Shown: in pieces, positions 13,292-23,116 of the stretch
Layout: each line of letters begins with the position of its first letter
Position numbering within the stretch: position 1 is the first letter of the stretch
Source: Polyangiaceae bacterium
GTDB lineage: Bacteria > Myxococcota_A > Polyangia > Polyangiales > Polyangiaceae
Reading direction: 5' to 3'
Assembly: GCA_046351455.1 (NCBI GenBank)
Contig: JAXLYM010000003.1
Location: 152,364-216,363 of the forward strand
Length of the DNA: 64,000 bases
The notes under the pieces: generated by a model
What the model was told of the DNA's origin: nothing
Seen by the model: the letters and a program-made list of their open reading frames with translations, nothing else
The model's database searches: none
Made by a program: the position numbers and the translations under genes

Positions 13292-15528
13292 GACGCGCTC
13301 ATCTCCATGGCTTTCCGAGGACACTCGGTGACGCAGATGCCGCAGCCCTTGCAGTACGTGTAATCGACCGCGTACGCGAGGTCCTTGCGACGGATGATCC
13401 CCTCCGGACAATACACGAGGCACGTATCACACTGCGTGCATTCTCCACACGAGAAGCAGCGGTGCGCCTCGGCCCCGCTCAAAAGGCCCTGATTGACCTC
13501 CAGGAAGTGGCGCGCTCGCTCCTCTGGAGCCAGGACGCGCTCGGTGGTGGGCGAGGAAGGCTCGAAGTGGTCGAGTCGGATATCGGTGATCGGCACCGCC
13601 TTCGCCCGGTCCGGACGGATGAATTCCGGCACGTCGTCGCCGAGCATCCGCATCGCGCGGGTGGCGGCGCGGCGGCCGTCGCCGATCGCGTGCGTGACCG
13701 TGCCGTCGCCGGTGGAGAGATCGCCCGCGGCCAGCACCGGGAGCGCCTCTTCGCCGCGGAAGACGCGCCCGTCCTTGATCTCCCACCCGGCCGGCAACAG
13801 CGAGGTATCCGCCGACTGACCGAGCGCGAGCAGCACGGTGTCGCACGCGAGCACGCTCTCGTTCTTGGTGACGACAGGCCTCCTCCGACCGCTCTCGTCG
13901 GGCGGCCCCAATTCCACAGCAGCGAGCCGCACGCCGCGAACGCGGGTGTCGCCGACGAATCCGAGGGGGGCTTTCAGGAATTCGAACTGGACGCCTTCCT
14001 GTTCGGCCTCGTGCACCTCTTCGGCGATGGCCGGCATCTCTCCGCGGCTCCGTCGATACGCCACCGTCACGCGGGAAGCGCCCGCGCGCAGCGCGGATCG
14101 TGCGCAGTCCATCGCGGTGTTGCCGCCGCCGAGCACGACCACGTGACCCTCCATCGCGACCGTGCCCGTCATGTTGAGCCGGTGCAAGAACGAGATGCCT
14201 TGTTCCACGCCGGGGAGGTCTCCGCCTGGCCCGTCGAGCCCGCGCAGCTTCTGGAGCCCCGTCGCCAGGATCACCGCGTCGAACTGGCCCGCGAGCGACT
14301 CGATGTCACCGCGCGACAGCCGCTCTCCGAGGACGGTCTTCACGCCGAGCGACAGCACGCCTTCGATCTCGCGATCGAGCACCTCCCGCGGCAAACGGTA
14401 CGTCGGGATGCCCGTGCGCAGGACGCCGCCGAGCGCCGGCTCCGCGTCGAAGATCGTGGCGTCGTGTCCGGCCTTCGCGAGCTCGTAGGCGGCCGAGATC
14501 CCCGCGGGCCCGCCGCCCAGGATCGCCACGCGCTTCGGGCTGGGGTGCTTTCGAGAGGCCTTGTGCGCGACGGGCACCTGGTCGGACACCCATCGTTCCA
14601 GCGCGCGGATATTGACCGCGCCGTCCCACTCCGCGCGATTGCACCCGTGCATACAAGGTGCGGGACAGACTCGCCCGCACACCCCGGCGAGAGGCGTGCT
14701 CTTTCCGAGGATCTCCGCGGCGCCGACTTCGCCTTTGGTGGTGGCCTGAACGAAGCCGATGACGTCGTTCCCGGCCGGACAGAAGGCGCTGCACGGAGCG
14801 AGGTTGTGCACGTACTTGGGCAGCTGCGTGCGCCAGCTCCCGGTGCGGAGCCCTGTCGGCGCGCCCTCGACGTTCTCGATGAGCGGCATCACCGGGAGAG
14901 GCGCGCCCGGCCGGAACACGTGCCCTTCCAGATCGGCCGGCGCCAGAAGCGGTTCGCGCACCTGGACAGCCGCGTACGCCTCTTCGGCGGCGGGCAGGTT
15001 GCTTTGAAAGCCGAGGTGCGCATAGGCCTCTTCGAGCGAGGAGAACGGCAGCCCCACGGCGCGGACGAAGGCCCCGGCGATCGTCGTGTTCACGATGACG
15101 ACGGAGCGAGTGCCGATCTTGCGCCGCCGCGCGATGGCCGTCGCGTCCACGATGGCCAGCTTGAACCGCGGAAAGCGCCCTTCGAACGCGGACAGGGGCT
15201 CCGGCGTGTTGAGCAGCAGCACGCCGCCGTCGCGCAGCCCGGTGAGCACCTCGTCGGAGAGGAGCGTCGGATCCAGCACGAGGAGATGGTGTGGATCGTA
15301 CACTTTGTTACGGTTCTCGATCGGCGCGTCGCTGATGCGCGTATAGGCGCGGACGGGGGCGCCGGAGCGCTCACCGCTGTAATCGCCGAACGTCTGCACG
15401 CTCTTTCCGAGCCCCGCGTACACCGATGCGATGATCTTCGCGCACGTCACGCCCCCTTGTCCGCCGCGACCGTGGAGCCGAATCTCCAGGGCGGAGGGAG
15501 AGTGGTGGTTGTTTCCATCAGGCGTCAT
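13288..15528 (-). CDS. fusion protein: POR gamma domain, GltD-like NAD(P)H:FAD oxidoreductase domain and POR delta (2x[4Fe-4S] ferredoxin) domain
   Basis: N-terminus LHGRGGQGGVTCAKII matches the POR gamma family. The middle domain has the Cys cluster CGRVCPAPCMHGC and two dinucleotide-binding folds (VAILGGGPAG, VVVLGGGNTAMD), as in glutamate synthase small subunit. C-terminus has CFSCGECTQCDTCLVYCP and CKGCGICVTECP ferredoxin motifs. Confidence 0.85.
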   Translation of the reverse strand: MTPDGNNHHSPSALEIRLHGRGGQGGVTCAKIIASVYAGLGKSVQTFGDYSGERSGAPVRAYTRISDAPIENRNKVYDPHHLLVLDPTLLSDEVLTGLRDGGVLLLNTPEPLSAFEGRFPRFKLAIVDATAIARRRKIGTRSVVIVNTTIAGAFVRAVGLPFSSLEEAYAHLGFQSNLPAAEEAYAAVQVREPLLAPADLEGHVFRPGAPLPVMPLIENVEGAPTGLRTGSWRTQLPKYVHNLAPCSAFCPAGNDVIGFVQATTKGEVGAAEILGKSTPLAGVCGRVCPAPCMHGCNRAEWDGAVNIRALERWVSDQVPVAHKASRKHPSPKRVAILGGGPAGISAAYELAKAGHDATIFDAEPALGGVLRTGIPTYRLPREVLDREIEGVLSLGVKTVLGERLSRGDIESLAGQFDAVILATGLQKLRGLDGPGGDLPGVEQGISFLHRLNMTGTVAMEGHVVVLGGGNTAMDCARSALRAGASRVTVAYRRSRGEMPAIAEEVHEAEQEGVQFEFLKAPLGFVGDTRVRGVRLAAVELGPPDESGRRRPVVTKNESVLACDTVLLALGQSADTSLLPAGWEIKDGRVFRGEEALPVLAAGDLSTGDGTVTHAIGDGRRAATRAMRMLGDDVPEFIRPDRAKAVPITDIRLDHFEPSSPTTERVLAPEERARHFLEVNQGLLSGAEAHRCFSCGECTQCDTCLVYCPEGIIRRKDLAYAVDYTYCKGCGICVTECPRKAMEMSAS

Positions 15529-15798
15529 GAGTCCTCACCCGCGCCGGATGCAAGAAGAGTGAACACCCACCGTTTGCCCGAGATCCGCTTGATTTCGAAC
15601 CTTCTGCGCCGCGTCAGGACGCACCCTTTGCATCTCGGTGCGCGCCCGGCTCTCTCCCGCCCTCGGAGACCGCGCGAAAGGCGCGCAAATTAAGCCGGAT
15701 ACGGAGCAAGAAAGGAGTTGCGAGGGCCCCTGTCAAGGCGCCCCGACAGACGGCATCGGGGCCGCGAGATCAGACGCTCGCGGCCCCGAGAGAGGGAG

Positions 15799-16740
15799 TC
15801 AGCGCACGTCGTTCAGCGCGCGCTCGGCGACGGCGGCGACCTCTCGGATGGACTCCAGGGCGCCCAGCGCCTGCGCGTGCACGGCCGCGACCACGGTGCG
15901 ATCGGAGGCTCGGAGGAGCTGCAGGAGGCTGTCCACGTCGACCGGATCGGGCCGGACGTGCGCCGAGACCCAGTTGGGGTGGCCCGGATTGCGGATGTGG
16001 TTCCAGACCTCCGCGTCGATTTTCCCGTGGAGCAGCTTGTAGAGCCAGTAAGGCAGCGTGTTGATCACGCGGCTGTAGAAGCGGTGAGCGTACACCGCGA
16101 CCGCGAGCCCCGATTTATTGCCCGGCACAGCCAGCTTGTCGCTCTCCGCCTTGACTCCCGCCATGCGCCAGCGCTCGAACATCGGCCCGCTCGCCGCGAA
16201 GAACTGCACCTTGTCGATCGTGTGGACGTTGATGCCATTGCGCGCGTCGATCACCACGTCCTCTTTGGCGGTGCTCACGCGGTGCTCCTCGCCCCCGGGC
16301 CACGCCGACGCCGGGCTCACCGCGGAGATCGGCGTCGTGCGGAAGAAGCGGTTCACCGTGCGATCGAAGGCGAGCGTGAACACCGAAGGCGGCCCGCCGA
16401 TGTCGATCACGCTCCCATCGATCGGCACGTACCAGGCCGTCGCCACCACGTCCCCGGCGGGAGTCTTGGTGAGCTTGAAATCGAGATCGTCCGACTCGAA
16501 GACGTCGAGCATCTCCCCGTTCGCCGCGGACACGTTCCAGAAGCAGAATGCATATTGCTTCTTGTCCTTCTCGTGGATCTGCTCCGCCGTGTCGAAATAG
16601 CCCTCGACCGGAGAAGGGTTGAACGATTTGTCGAGCAAGAGGTCCCCGGGCTCTTCGATCGAGACACCATAATAGACCTCGTCACCCCCCACGTCGCCGG
16701 TGAAGGCCGGGATTGTTCGATACTGGATCTTCATTCCCAT
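15799..16740 (-). CDS. hypothetical cytoplasmic protein, 313 aa
   Basis: ORF with start set at MGMKIQYRTIPAF; the upstream part of the track ORF is GC-rich, Arg-rich garbage. No signal peptide or known motif. Confidence 0.55.
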   Translation of the reverse strand: MGMKIQYRTIPAFTGDVGGDEVYYGVSIEEPGDLLLDKSFNPSPVEGYFDTAEQIHEKDKKQYAFCFWNVSAANGEMLDVFESDDLDFKLTKTPAGDVVATAWYVPIDGSVIDIGGPPSVFTLAFDRTVNRFFRTTPISAVSPASAWPGGEEHRVSTAKEDVVIDARNGINVHTIDKVQFFAASGPMFERWRMAGVKAESDKLAVPGNKSGLAVAVYAHRFYSRVINTLPYWLYKLLHGKIDAEVWNHIRNPGHPNWVSAHVRPDPVDVDSLLQLLRASDRTVVAAVHAQALGALESIREVAAVAERALNDVR

Positions 16741-16987
16741 CGCAAAGCTCCTCTCGTCGTCGGCGGTCCTTCGCCGAGCGCGTTCGAGAGGCGGTTTCGC
16801 AACGCGCGTTCCATCATTGAAACGGCCGATTCTGCCGCGTTTCATGCCCCGCACACCCCGCCGCGTGGGACGGCGCGCGGGCGGCCCGCGGGCGCGCGCA
16901 CGAGGGGATGCGCCGGTGGACGAAATCCTCCCCTCGACGGGTGAAGGAGGCTTCCAAGACACCCCGCTTGCCTCGTAGGATGACGGC

Positions 16988-18424
16988 ATGCGCAAGATCC
17001 TTTTTGCTTCGAGCCTGTCTCTGCTGTTCGTCACGTCGGTCGCCTCCGCGGCCACCCTGCAAGTCGGCCCCGGAAAGCCGTATGCTGCGCCGTGCGCCGC
17101 GATCAAGGCGGCCGCCCCGGGCGACACCATCGAGATCGACGCGGCCGGGACGTACCAGGGAGACGTCTGCTACTGGGCCACCGACAACCTCACCATCAAA
17201 GGGGTGAACGGCCGGCCGAAGATCGACGCCGCGGGGCAAAACCAGGGCGGAAAGGCCATCTGGGTCATCGGCGGACAGAACACCTTGATCGACAACGTGG
17301 AGCTCACCGGCGCGACCGTCCCGGACCAGAACGGCGCCGGCATCCGACAAGAGGGCAAGAACCTCACCGTCAAGAACACTTACTTTCACGACAACGAGGA
17401 CGGCATCCTCGCGGGCGACGTCGACGGGAGCGAGATCACCATCGACAGCTGCGAGTTCGCGAACAACGGCTTCGGCGACGGGTATTCGCACAACCTCTAC
17501 ATCAACCACGTCGCGAAGTTCGTCTTCATCTACAACTACACGCACGACTGCAAAGAGGGCCACCTCGTCAAATCCCGCGCGGCGGAGAACTACATCCTCT
17601 ATAACCGCATCACGGAGGAGAACGGCACTGGCAGCTACGAGATCAACCTGCCGAACGGCGGCAAATCGTACGTGATCGGCAACCTGGTGCAACAGGGCCC
17701 CTCGACGCACAACCCGGCGATGCTCTCGTACGGTGAAGAGGGCATGAACGCGAAGAACCCCAGTTTGGAGCTCTTCGTCGTCAACAACACCTTCGTCAAC
17801 GACAAGGGCAGCGGCACGTTCCTCCAGATCGGCAACGCGGTGAGCACGCCCGTCGTCGTGACGAACAACATCTTCAAGGGCGGCGGCACGCTGAGCTCGC
17901 AGGCGAGCGCGGTCCTCTCCGGCAACTTCACCGACGCCGACGGGGACCCGATGCTGGTCAATGCGGCCGCCTTCGACTACCACCTTCAGGACGCCTCTCC
18001 CTGCAAGGACAAGGGCGTGGATCCGGGGATGGGCGCGGGCATGCCGCTGGACCCGGTCGCGGAGTACGTGCACCCGGAGGGCCACGAAGGCCGCATGACG
18101 GTCGGCACCATCGATATCGGCGCCTACGAGATCGGCGGCGCCACGGGCGGAGGCGGCGCCGGCGGAGGCACCGGCGCCACCACCACGGGCGGCTCCTCCG
18201 GCGGAAACGGCACCGGCGGCAACACGGCCACGGGCGGGAGCGGCGGAAACGGCACCGGCGGCTCCTCCGGCGGCAACGGCGGCAGCGGCGCCGGCAACAG
18301 CGGAGGCGACTCCGGCGGATGCGGCTGCCGCACGGCCGGCGGTACGAGCGAATCGAACATGGCAGTCCTGGCGCTCGTTGCAGGCCTCGCGATCGCCGCC
18401 CGCCGTCGCAAGAATACGCGCTGA
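16988..18424 (+). CDS. secreted right-handed beta-helix (pectate-lyase-like) protein with Gly-rich linker and MYXO-CTERM sorting signal
   Basis: Signal peptide MRKILFASSLSLLFVTSVASA. Parallel beta-helix-like repeats (NNTF, NNIF, asparagine ladders). C-terminal GGCGCRTAGG...AVLALVAGLAIAARRRKNTR matches the MYXO-CTERM signature (GC motif, TM helix, basic tail). Confidence 0.85.
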   Translation: MRKILFASSLSLLFVTSVASAATLQVGPGKPYAAPCAAIKAAAPGDTIEIDAAGTYQGDVCYWATDNLTIKGVNGRPKIDAAGQNQGGKAIWVIGGQNTLIDNVELTGATVPDQNGAGIRQEGKNLTVKNTYFHDNEDGILAGDVDGSEITIDSCEFANNGFGDGYSHNLYINHVAKFVFIYNYTHDCKEGHLVKSRAAENYILYNRITEENGTGSYEINLPNGGKSYVIGNLVQQGPSTHNPAMLSYGEEGMNAKNPSLELFVVNNTFVNDKGSGTFLQIGNAVSTPVVVTNNIFKGGGTLSSQASAVLSGNFTDADGDPMLVNAAAFDYHLQDASPCKDKGVDPGMGAGMPLDPVAEYVHPEGHEGRMTVGTIDIGAYEIGGATGGGGAGGGTGATTTGGSSGGNGTGGNTATGGSGGNGTGGSSGGNGGSGAGNSGGDSGGCGCRTAGGTSESNMAVLALVAGLAIAARRRKNTR

Positions 18425-18430
18425 TCTTTT

Positions 18431-18520
18431 GATGCCCACCCCGGGCGCGTGCTCGGCCTACCGGCCTCCGCGCGCGCCCCGCCCCTCCCAAATCGGCTGC
18501 TACGCAGCCTCAGGGAGGGG
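18431..18520. repeat. intergenic hairpin repeat element, inverted copy between convergent genes
   Basis: GATGCCCACCCCGGG...GCCCCTCCCAAATCGGC...CAGGGAGGGG has the same architecture as the 58694 copy. Confidence 0.5.
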
Positions 18521-18540
18521 CGCCGCCGTCACAGACACCG

Positions 18541-20157
18541 CTACTTCGCGAGCAGGATGTTCTCGTGCTCGTGGCGGAGCTTGCTCTTCAGGAACTTGCC
18601 CGTCGACGTGCGCGGGATCTGGGCGATGAAGAGGTATTCGTCCGGGAGCCAGAACTTGGCGAACTTCGACGCGAGGTGCTCCGCGAGCTCCTCCTTCGTC
18701 ACGGAGTGGCCCTCTTTCACGACGATCGCGGCCACCGGGCGCTCGTCCCATTTGCTGTGCTTCGCGGCGAACACCGCGGCTTCGAGCACGGCCGGGTGGC
18801 TCATCAGCGCGTTCTCCAGCGCCACCGAGCTGATCCACTCACCGCCGGACTTGATGACGTCCTTCGCGCGGTCGGTGATGCGGACGTACCCCTCACTGTC
18901 GATCGTCACGACATCGCCCGTGCGGAACCAGCCGTCCTTCGTGAATTTGTCTTCGCCCTCGTCCCCCATGTACGAAGAGGCCACCCACGGGCCGCGCACC
19001 AAGAGCTCGCCCATCGATTGACCGTCCCACGGCAGCGGCTGATCGCGGTCGTCGACGTGCTTCACCTCGAAGAACGGGGCCGCGAATCCCTGCGACGCCC
19101 GGTACGCCAGGCGCTCCTCCGCGCTCTTCGTCGAGAGGTGGTGTTTCACGCGGGCCACGGTGCCGAGCGGGTTCGTCTCGGTCATTCCCCACGCGTGCAG
19201 CACCTCCAGTCCGTGGCGCTGCGAGAAGCCGTCAATCATCGTCGCGGGCGCCGCGGAGCCGCCGATCACCATCGCGCGCACGCTCGACAGGTCCCACTTC
19301 TTCGCGTCCCGATCCAGCATCGCGAGGATGCCAATCCAGATCGTCGGCACGCCGCCCGCGATCGTGATCTTCTCCGCCGCCATCAGATCGAGCAGCGAGC
19401 CGGGATCGAGGTGCGGCCCCGGAAAAACGATCTCCGAGCCGGACAGGACGGCCATGAACGGGAGCCCCCACGCGGCCGCATGAAACATCGGCACGACCGG
19501 CAACACCACATCCGCCTGCCGCACGCCGAGCTCGTCCGGGAGCGCCGCCACGAGCGCGTGCAGCACCGTCGAACGGTGGCTGTAGACAACGCCCTTCGGG
19601 TTGCCCGTGGTGCCGGACGTGTAACAGATCATCGCCGCCGCGGTCTCGTCCAGATGCGGCCAGTCGTACTCCTCCGCTTCCGCCGCGAGCAGCTCCTCGT
19701 AATCCAGGTACTTGTCGCTCACCGGGTTCGCGCTCGCCGGGTCCGGCACGACGATGACGTGCTTGATCGAAGGCACGGTGTCGGCGAACTTCTCGAAGAG
19801 CGGGAGGAGCGAGCGGTCCACGATGACCACCTTGTCCTCCGCGTGCTTCGCGATGTAGCCAATCTCGGAGGGGTGCAGGCGCAGGTTCAACGTGTGGACG
19901 ACGGCGCCCATCGCGGGGACGCCGAAATAAGCCTCCAAGTGCTCGCGGTGGTTCCAGCAGAGGGTCGCGACGCGGTCGCCGGTCTTCACGCCGAGGCGTG
20001 CGAGGGCGTTCGCGAGGCGCGCGCTGCGCTTGTAGAAGGCCTCGTACGTGCCGCGGTGGAGCGTCTTGTCCGTGCGTCGGGAGACGATCTCCACTCCTGG
20101 GTAGTACGTCTTCGCCCGCTGGAGGAGGTGAGTGACCGTGAGAGGGTAATTCATCAT
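18541..20157 (-). CDS. AMP-dependent acyl-CoA synthetase/ligase (fatty-acid-CoA ligase-like)
   Basis: AMP-binding motifs YTSGTTGNPKGV, GWGMTE and GDV..ID..GY. The start at MMNYPLTVTHLLQ gives 539 aa. Confidence 0.85.
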   Translation of the reverse strand: MMNYPLTVTHLLQRAKTYYPGVEIVSRRTDKTLHRGTYEAFYKRSARLANALARLGVKTGDRVATLCWNHREHLEAYFGVPAMGAVVHTLNLRLHPSEIGYIAKHAEDKVVIVDRSLLPLFEKFADTVPSIKHVIVVPDPASANPVSDKYLDYEELLAAEAEEYDWPHLDETAAAMICYTSGTTGNPKGVVYSHRSTVLHALVAALPDELGVRQADVVLPVVPMFHAAAWGLPFMAVLSGSEIVFPGPHLDPGSLLDLMAAEKITIAGGVPTIWIGILAMLDRDAKKWDLSSVRAMVIGGSAAPATMIDGFSQRHGLEVLHAWGMTETNPLGTVARVKHHLSTKSAEERLAYRASQGFAAPFFEVKHVDDRDQPLPWDGQSMGELLVRGPWVASSYMGDEGEDKFTKDGWFRTGDVVTIDSEGYVRITDRAKDVIKSGGEWISSVALENALMSHPAVLEAAVFAAKHSKWDERPVAAIVVKEGHSVTKEELAEHLASKFAKFWLPDEYLFIAQIPRTSTGKFLKSKLRHEHENILLAK

Positions 20158-20254
20158 GCGGGAGGCAAGCACGATCGAGGCTCCTTGTTTCTGGGGCCGA
20201 CGCCGCACGATGGCCGTGCGCCGGCGCTGTTCTGCGAGCGATACGGTCTCTGAA

Positions 20255-22879
20255 TCAGGTCTTGTTTTCGGGCGCGCACTTCGATTTCGCGGCGAGCGCG
20301 CTCTTCGCCATCTCGCGGACGAGGGGCGGCGCGTCGGCCGCCAAGAGAAGCTGAATACGGCTCGCCAGATCCGACGGGGAAAGCTCCCCGAGCGCCGACA
20401 AGGCCGCAGCCCCGAGGCGCCGATCCACGTCGGACGAGAGCGAACGGGCCCCCTGCGCCACGCGCGTGAGCAGGTCCAGACTGCCCTTGTCGCACATGGA
20501 GCCGAGCGCCGTGAGCGCCCGCGCGCGCACGTCCACGAGCTCGTCCGACGCCTCCGCGCGCGCTCGCACCGGGCCCGCGAACGCGACCGCCCGATGCGCC
20601 CCGAGGCCGTCCAGCGCCGCGCCGCGCACGTCCACGGATTTGTCGGACAGGGCACCAGCAAGGGCCTTGTCGGCGACATCGCTCTTCGGCATCGCGGACA
20701 GGGCCTCTGCGGCGCCCACGCGCACGAAGGTCCAGTCGTCGGTCCCGATTCGCGCCACGAGGGCCGTCTCCGCGCCGGCCGGCAACACCGTACCGAGGCC
20801 CGCGGCCGTCGCGAGCGCCCGGACCGCCGCCTCCCGCACGCGAACCTCGGAGTCCGCCGCGGCCGTCACCAGCGCGGGCGCGAGCTTCGGCACCTTCCCG
20901 GCCACCTCCGCCGCGCGCGTCCGCAGGTGCGGATCATCCCCTTTCGCGAGCGCGTCCCGCACCACCGACTCCGCCTCGACATCGCCCTTCGCCGCCAATT
21001 CCGCGGCCGGCGCGAGCAGCAGGTACCGAGTCCGGAAAGGGGCCTCTTTCGTCAACAGACCGAACAGCGCCTTCTTGCCGCCTTCGATCTCCGGCAAGAC
21101 AGGCCCCATGGCTCGGAGCAGATCCACCTTCGCCACGTCGCCGAGCGCCCCGAACTTCGCCGGAACGAGCCAGTCTGCGACTTCACCCTTCGCCTTCGGG
21201 CTGTTCGCGGCGCGCGCGAGGGCGGCCCGCAGATCGCGGCGCACCGGGTCCGGCGCCTTCGGGAGCGCGTCGAGGATCGCGCCGATCGCCTCCCCCGGGG
21301 CCACCAGCGCGAGCTCCTCCGCGGCCACCACCTTGATCGGATCCGCCGCCTCCCGGATCAGCTTCGAGAGCGCGGGCGCCGACGCGCGACCGCACCGGCG
21401 CAGGCGATCGCGCGCGCGCACGACGATCGGCTCCGCCGTCGGCCCGGCCATCTTCTTCCCCTTCGCGGCCGCGAGCCGATCCGCATAAAAAGGAGCCTGA
21501 TCCGAGCACGCGAGGCCGTCGACGACGTCCAGCGCGAGCGCGCGCCCGGCCTCCGTGTAGTGCTCCCACGCCGCGTTGATCGCCGTGACGGCGCGCGCGT
21601 CGCCCTTCGAGAGCATCGCGGCCGCGGCCTTCGATCTGTCGTCGCCCGTCGCCAGCGCGCCCGCGAGCGCGTCGTAGCTCATCGAATCGAGCGCGGTGTG
21701 CGCGGTGATCTCCGCGATCGTCACGCGCGGGTTGTCGACGTCCTTCGGCGTGTGCGCGTCGCCGATCACCACCGCGAGGCACGACGTGCGCACCTCCGCG
21801 GGCAGCTTCACCTCGTAACGAGCGTCCTTGTCGCCCCACGCGCTCTCGGGGATCTCCGCCGCGAAGATCTTCGAATCGGTCGCGAAATAAAGGGTCTTCG
21901 GCGCCGCGCCGCCGCTGATCTCGCCGTCGTCCTGGGGCCGGATCTTCACGGAGAGGCCGGTGATGCCGACGTCGCTCGACGCGGACATGCGCACCCACTC
22001 GCCGTGTCCGTCGCCGATCTTTCCTTCGGTCCACGCGGTCGAGAGATCGCCGTCCGTGAGCGTCGCCATCTTCTTGTCGAGCGCGCTCGACGCGGCGTTC
22101 GCGCGGAGGAGGCGCACCGCCGGGGCCGTCCACGGCGTCGTGTCGCGCGTCGCGATCACCTTCTCGGCGCCCTTGCGCTCGGCTTCGGTGAGGCTGTCCA
22201 CCATCGTGGCCGACGTCTTCGCGAGCGCCACCATGTCGGGATCGACCTCGCGCGCGCTCACGAGCACGGGCCGCCCGCACAGCGTGAGATCCGCGCGCTG
22301 CTCGCCGACGATCACGCGCGACGTCCTCCCGGGCAGAGGCTCGACGCGGATCACGTTCACCGCCTCCTCGCCTTCGAGGCCGCGCGATTGGCCGACGTAG
22401 CCGGTCCACAGCACCACGGCCTTGTCGCTCTTCGTGTACGTGATCGGGGCCGCGAGCAGCGCCGTCCACGTGGACGTCGCGCCGTCCTTGCCGTCGATCG
22501 TCGAGCTGAGCTGCAGCACGTGGCGGCCGTTCTGGAGCTTGATCTGCTGCGCGGTCCACGTCCCCTTGAGCGCCTCCGAGGGCACGTCCGGGATCTTGTA
22601 GGCGGCGCTGATGGGCGAGCCGGAGCACGAGATGGGACATCCTTGCGCGATGATGCCCTCCGGCGTCACCTCGACATGAAGCGTGTCCTGCCCGGCGCCG
22701 GACGGGACATCCACCGTCGACACGGGACGCGGCGCAGGCGGACGCGCAGGCGCCGGCGCATCCGCGCGCGATGCGCACGGCACCGCGAGCGACGCGGCGG
22801 CGAGGAGGAACGAGACGCGACGGGCGAAGGAGCGATCGGAGCGGCCCAAGGTGCGCGCATTGTGCTCGCGCGCGAGCAT
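20255..22879 (-). CDS. secreted protein with discoidin-like central segment and C-terminal HEAT (PBS-lyase-like) repeats
   Basis: Signal-like RRVSFLLAAASLAVPCASRA. Discoidin-like segment TDGDLSTAWTEG...GEWVRM. Repeated VRxAAxxALG motifs at the C-terminus. The ATG start was placed at 22879. Confidence 0.7.
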   Translation of the reverse strand: MLAREHNARTLGRSDRSFARRVSFLLAAASLAVPCASRADAPAPARPPAPRPVSTVDVPSGAGQDTLHVEVTPEGIIAQGCPISCSGSPISAAYKIPDVPSEALKGTWTAQQIKLQNGRHVLQLSSTIDGKDGATSTWTALLAAPITYTKSDKAVVLWTGYVGQSRGLEGEEAVNVIRVEPLPGRTSRVIVGEQRADLTLCGRPVLVSAREVDPDMVALAKTSATMVDSLTEAERKGAEKVIATRDTTPWTAPAVRLLRANAASSALDKKMATLTDGDLSTAWTEGKIGDGHGEWVRMSASSDVGITGLSVKIRPQDDGEISGGAAPKTLYFATDSKIFAAEIPESAWGDKDARYEVKLPAEVRTSCLAVVIGDAHTPKDVDNPRVTIAEITAHTALDSMSYDALAGALATGDDRSKAAAAMLSKGDARAVTAINAAWEHYTEAGRALALDVVDGLACSDQAPFYADRLAAAKGKKMAGPTAEPIVVRARDRLRRCGRASAPALSKLIREAADPIKVVAAEELALVAPGEAIGAILDALPKAPDPVRRDLRAALARAANSPKAKGEVADWLVPAKFGALGDVAKVDLLRAMGPVLPEIEGGKKALFGLLTKEAPFRTRYLLLAPAAELAAKGDVEAESVVRDALAKGDDPHLRTRAAEVAGKVPKLAPALVTAAADSEVRVREAAVRALATAAGLGTVLPAGAETALVARIGTDDWTFVRVGAAEALSAMPKSDVADKALAGALSDKSVDVRGAALDGLGAHRAVAFAGPVRARAEASDELVDVRARALTALGSMCDKGSLDLLTRVAQGARSLSSDVDRRLGAAALSALGELSPSDLASRIQLLLAADAPPLVREMAKSALAAKSKCAPENKT

Positions 22880-23116
22880 GCCCCGCAACGGTGCACGCGA
22901 GGGCGACCGCAGAAACCACGGCTCGTCGTGGTGTGCCTCTTGCTCTGTCCGGAGGACGGATGGCGGTTCGCCGCGAAACAGCGATTCGCCCGACTGGCCC
23001 CCACGACAGCGCGATCCGACGGCGGCACAAACTGGCATGCTGACAGTCGACGAGCGTGGAGGACCCTCCCGAAACAACCACTCTGCGGCAACGATTGCCG
23101 GGTAAGGACTCCCCCC

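Noticed and set aside
13462-15693. 743-aa plus-strand ORF
   Set aside because: Antisense to the PorG-GltD-PorD fusion gene, which has unambiguous cofactor-binding motifs.
16814-18439. 541-aa minus-strand ORF and 17958..18491 Arg/Cys-rich ORF
   Set aside because: Antisense to the beta-helix/MYXO-CTERM gene. The Gly-rich linker on the sense strand produces Pro/Arg runs here.
20156-23116. 5' 2.9 kb of the 1279-aa plus-strand ORF 20156..23995
   Set aside because: Antisense to the HEAT-repeat gene. Only the last 879 nt (23117..23995) show a signal peptide and protein-like composition, so only that part was called.
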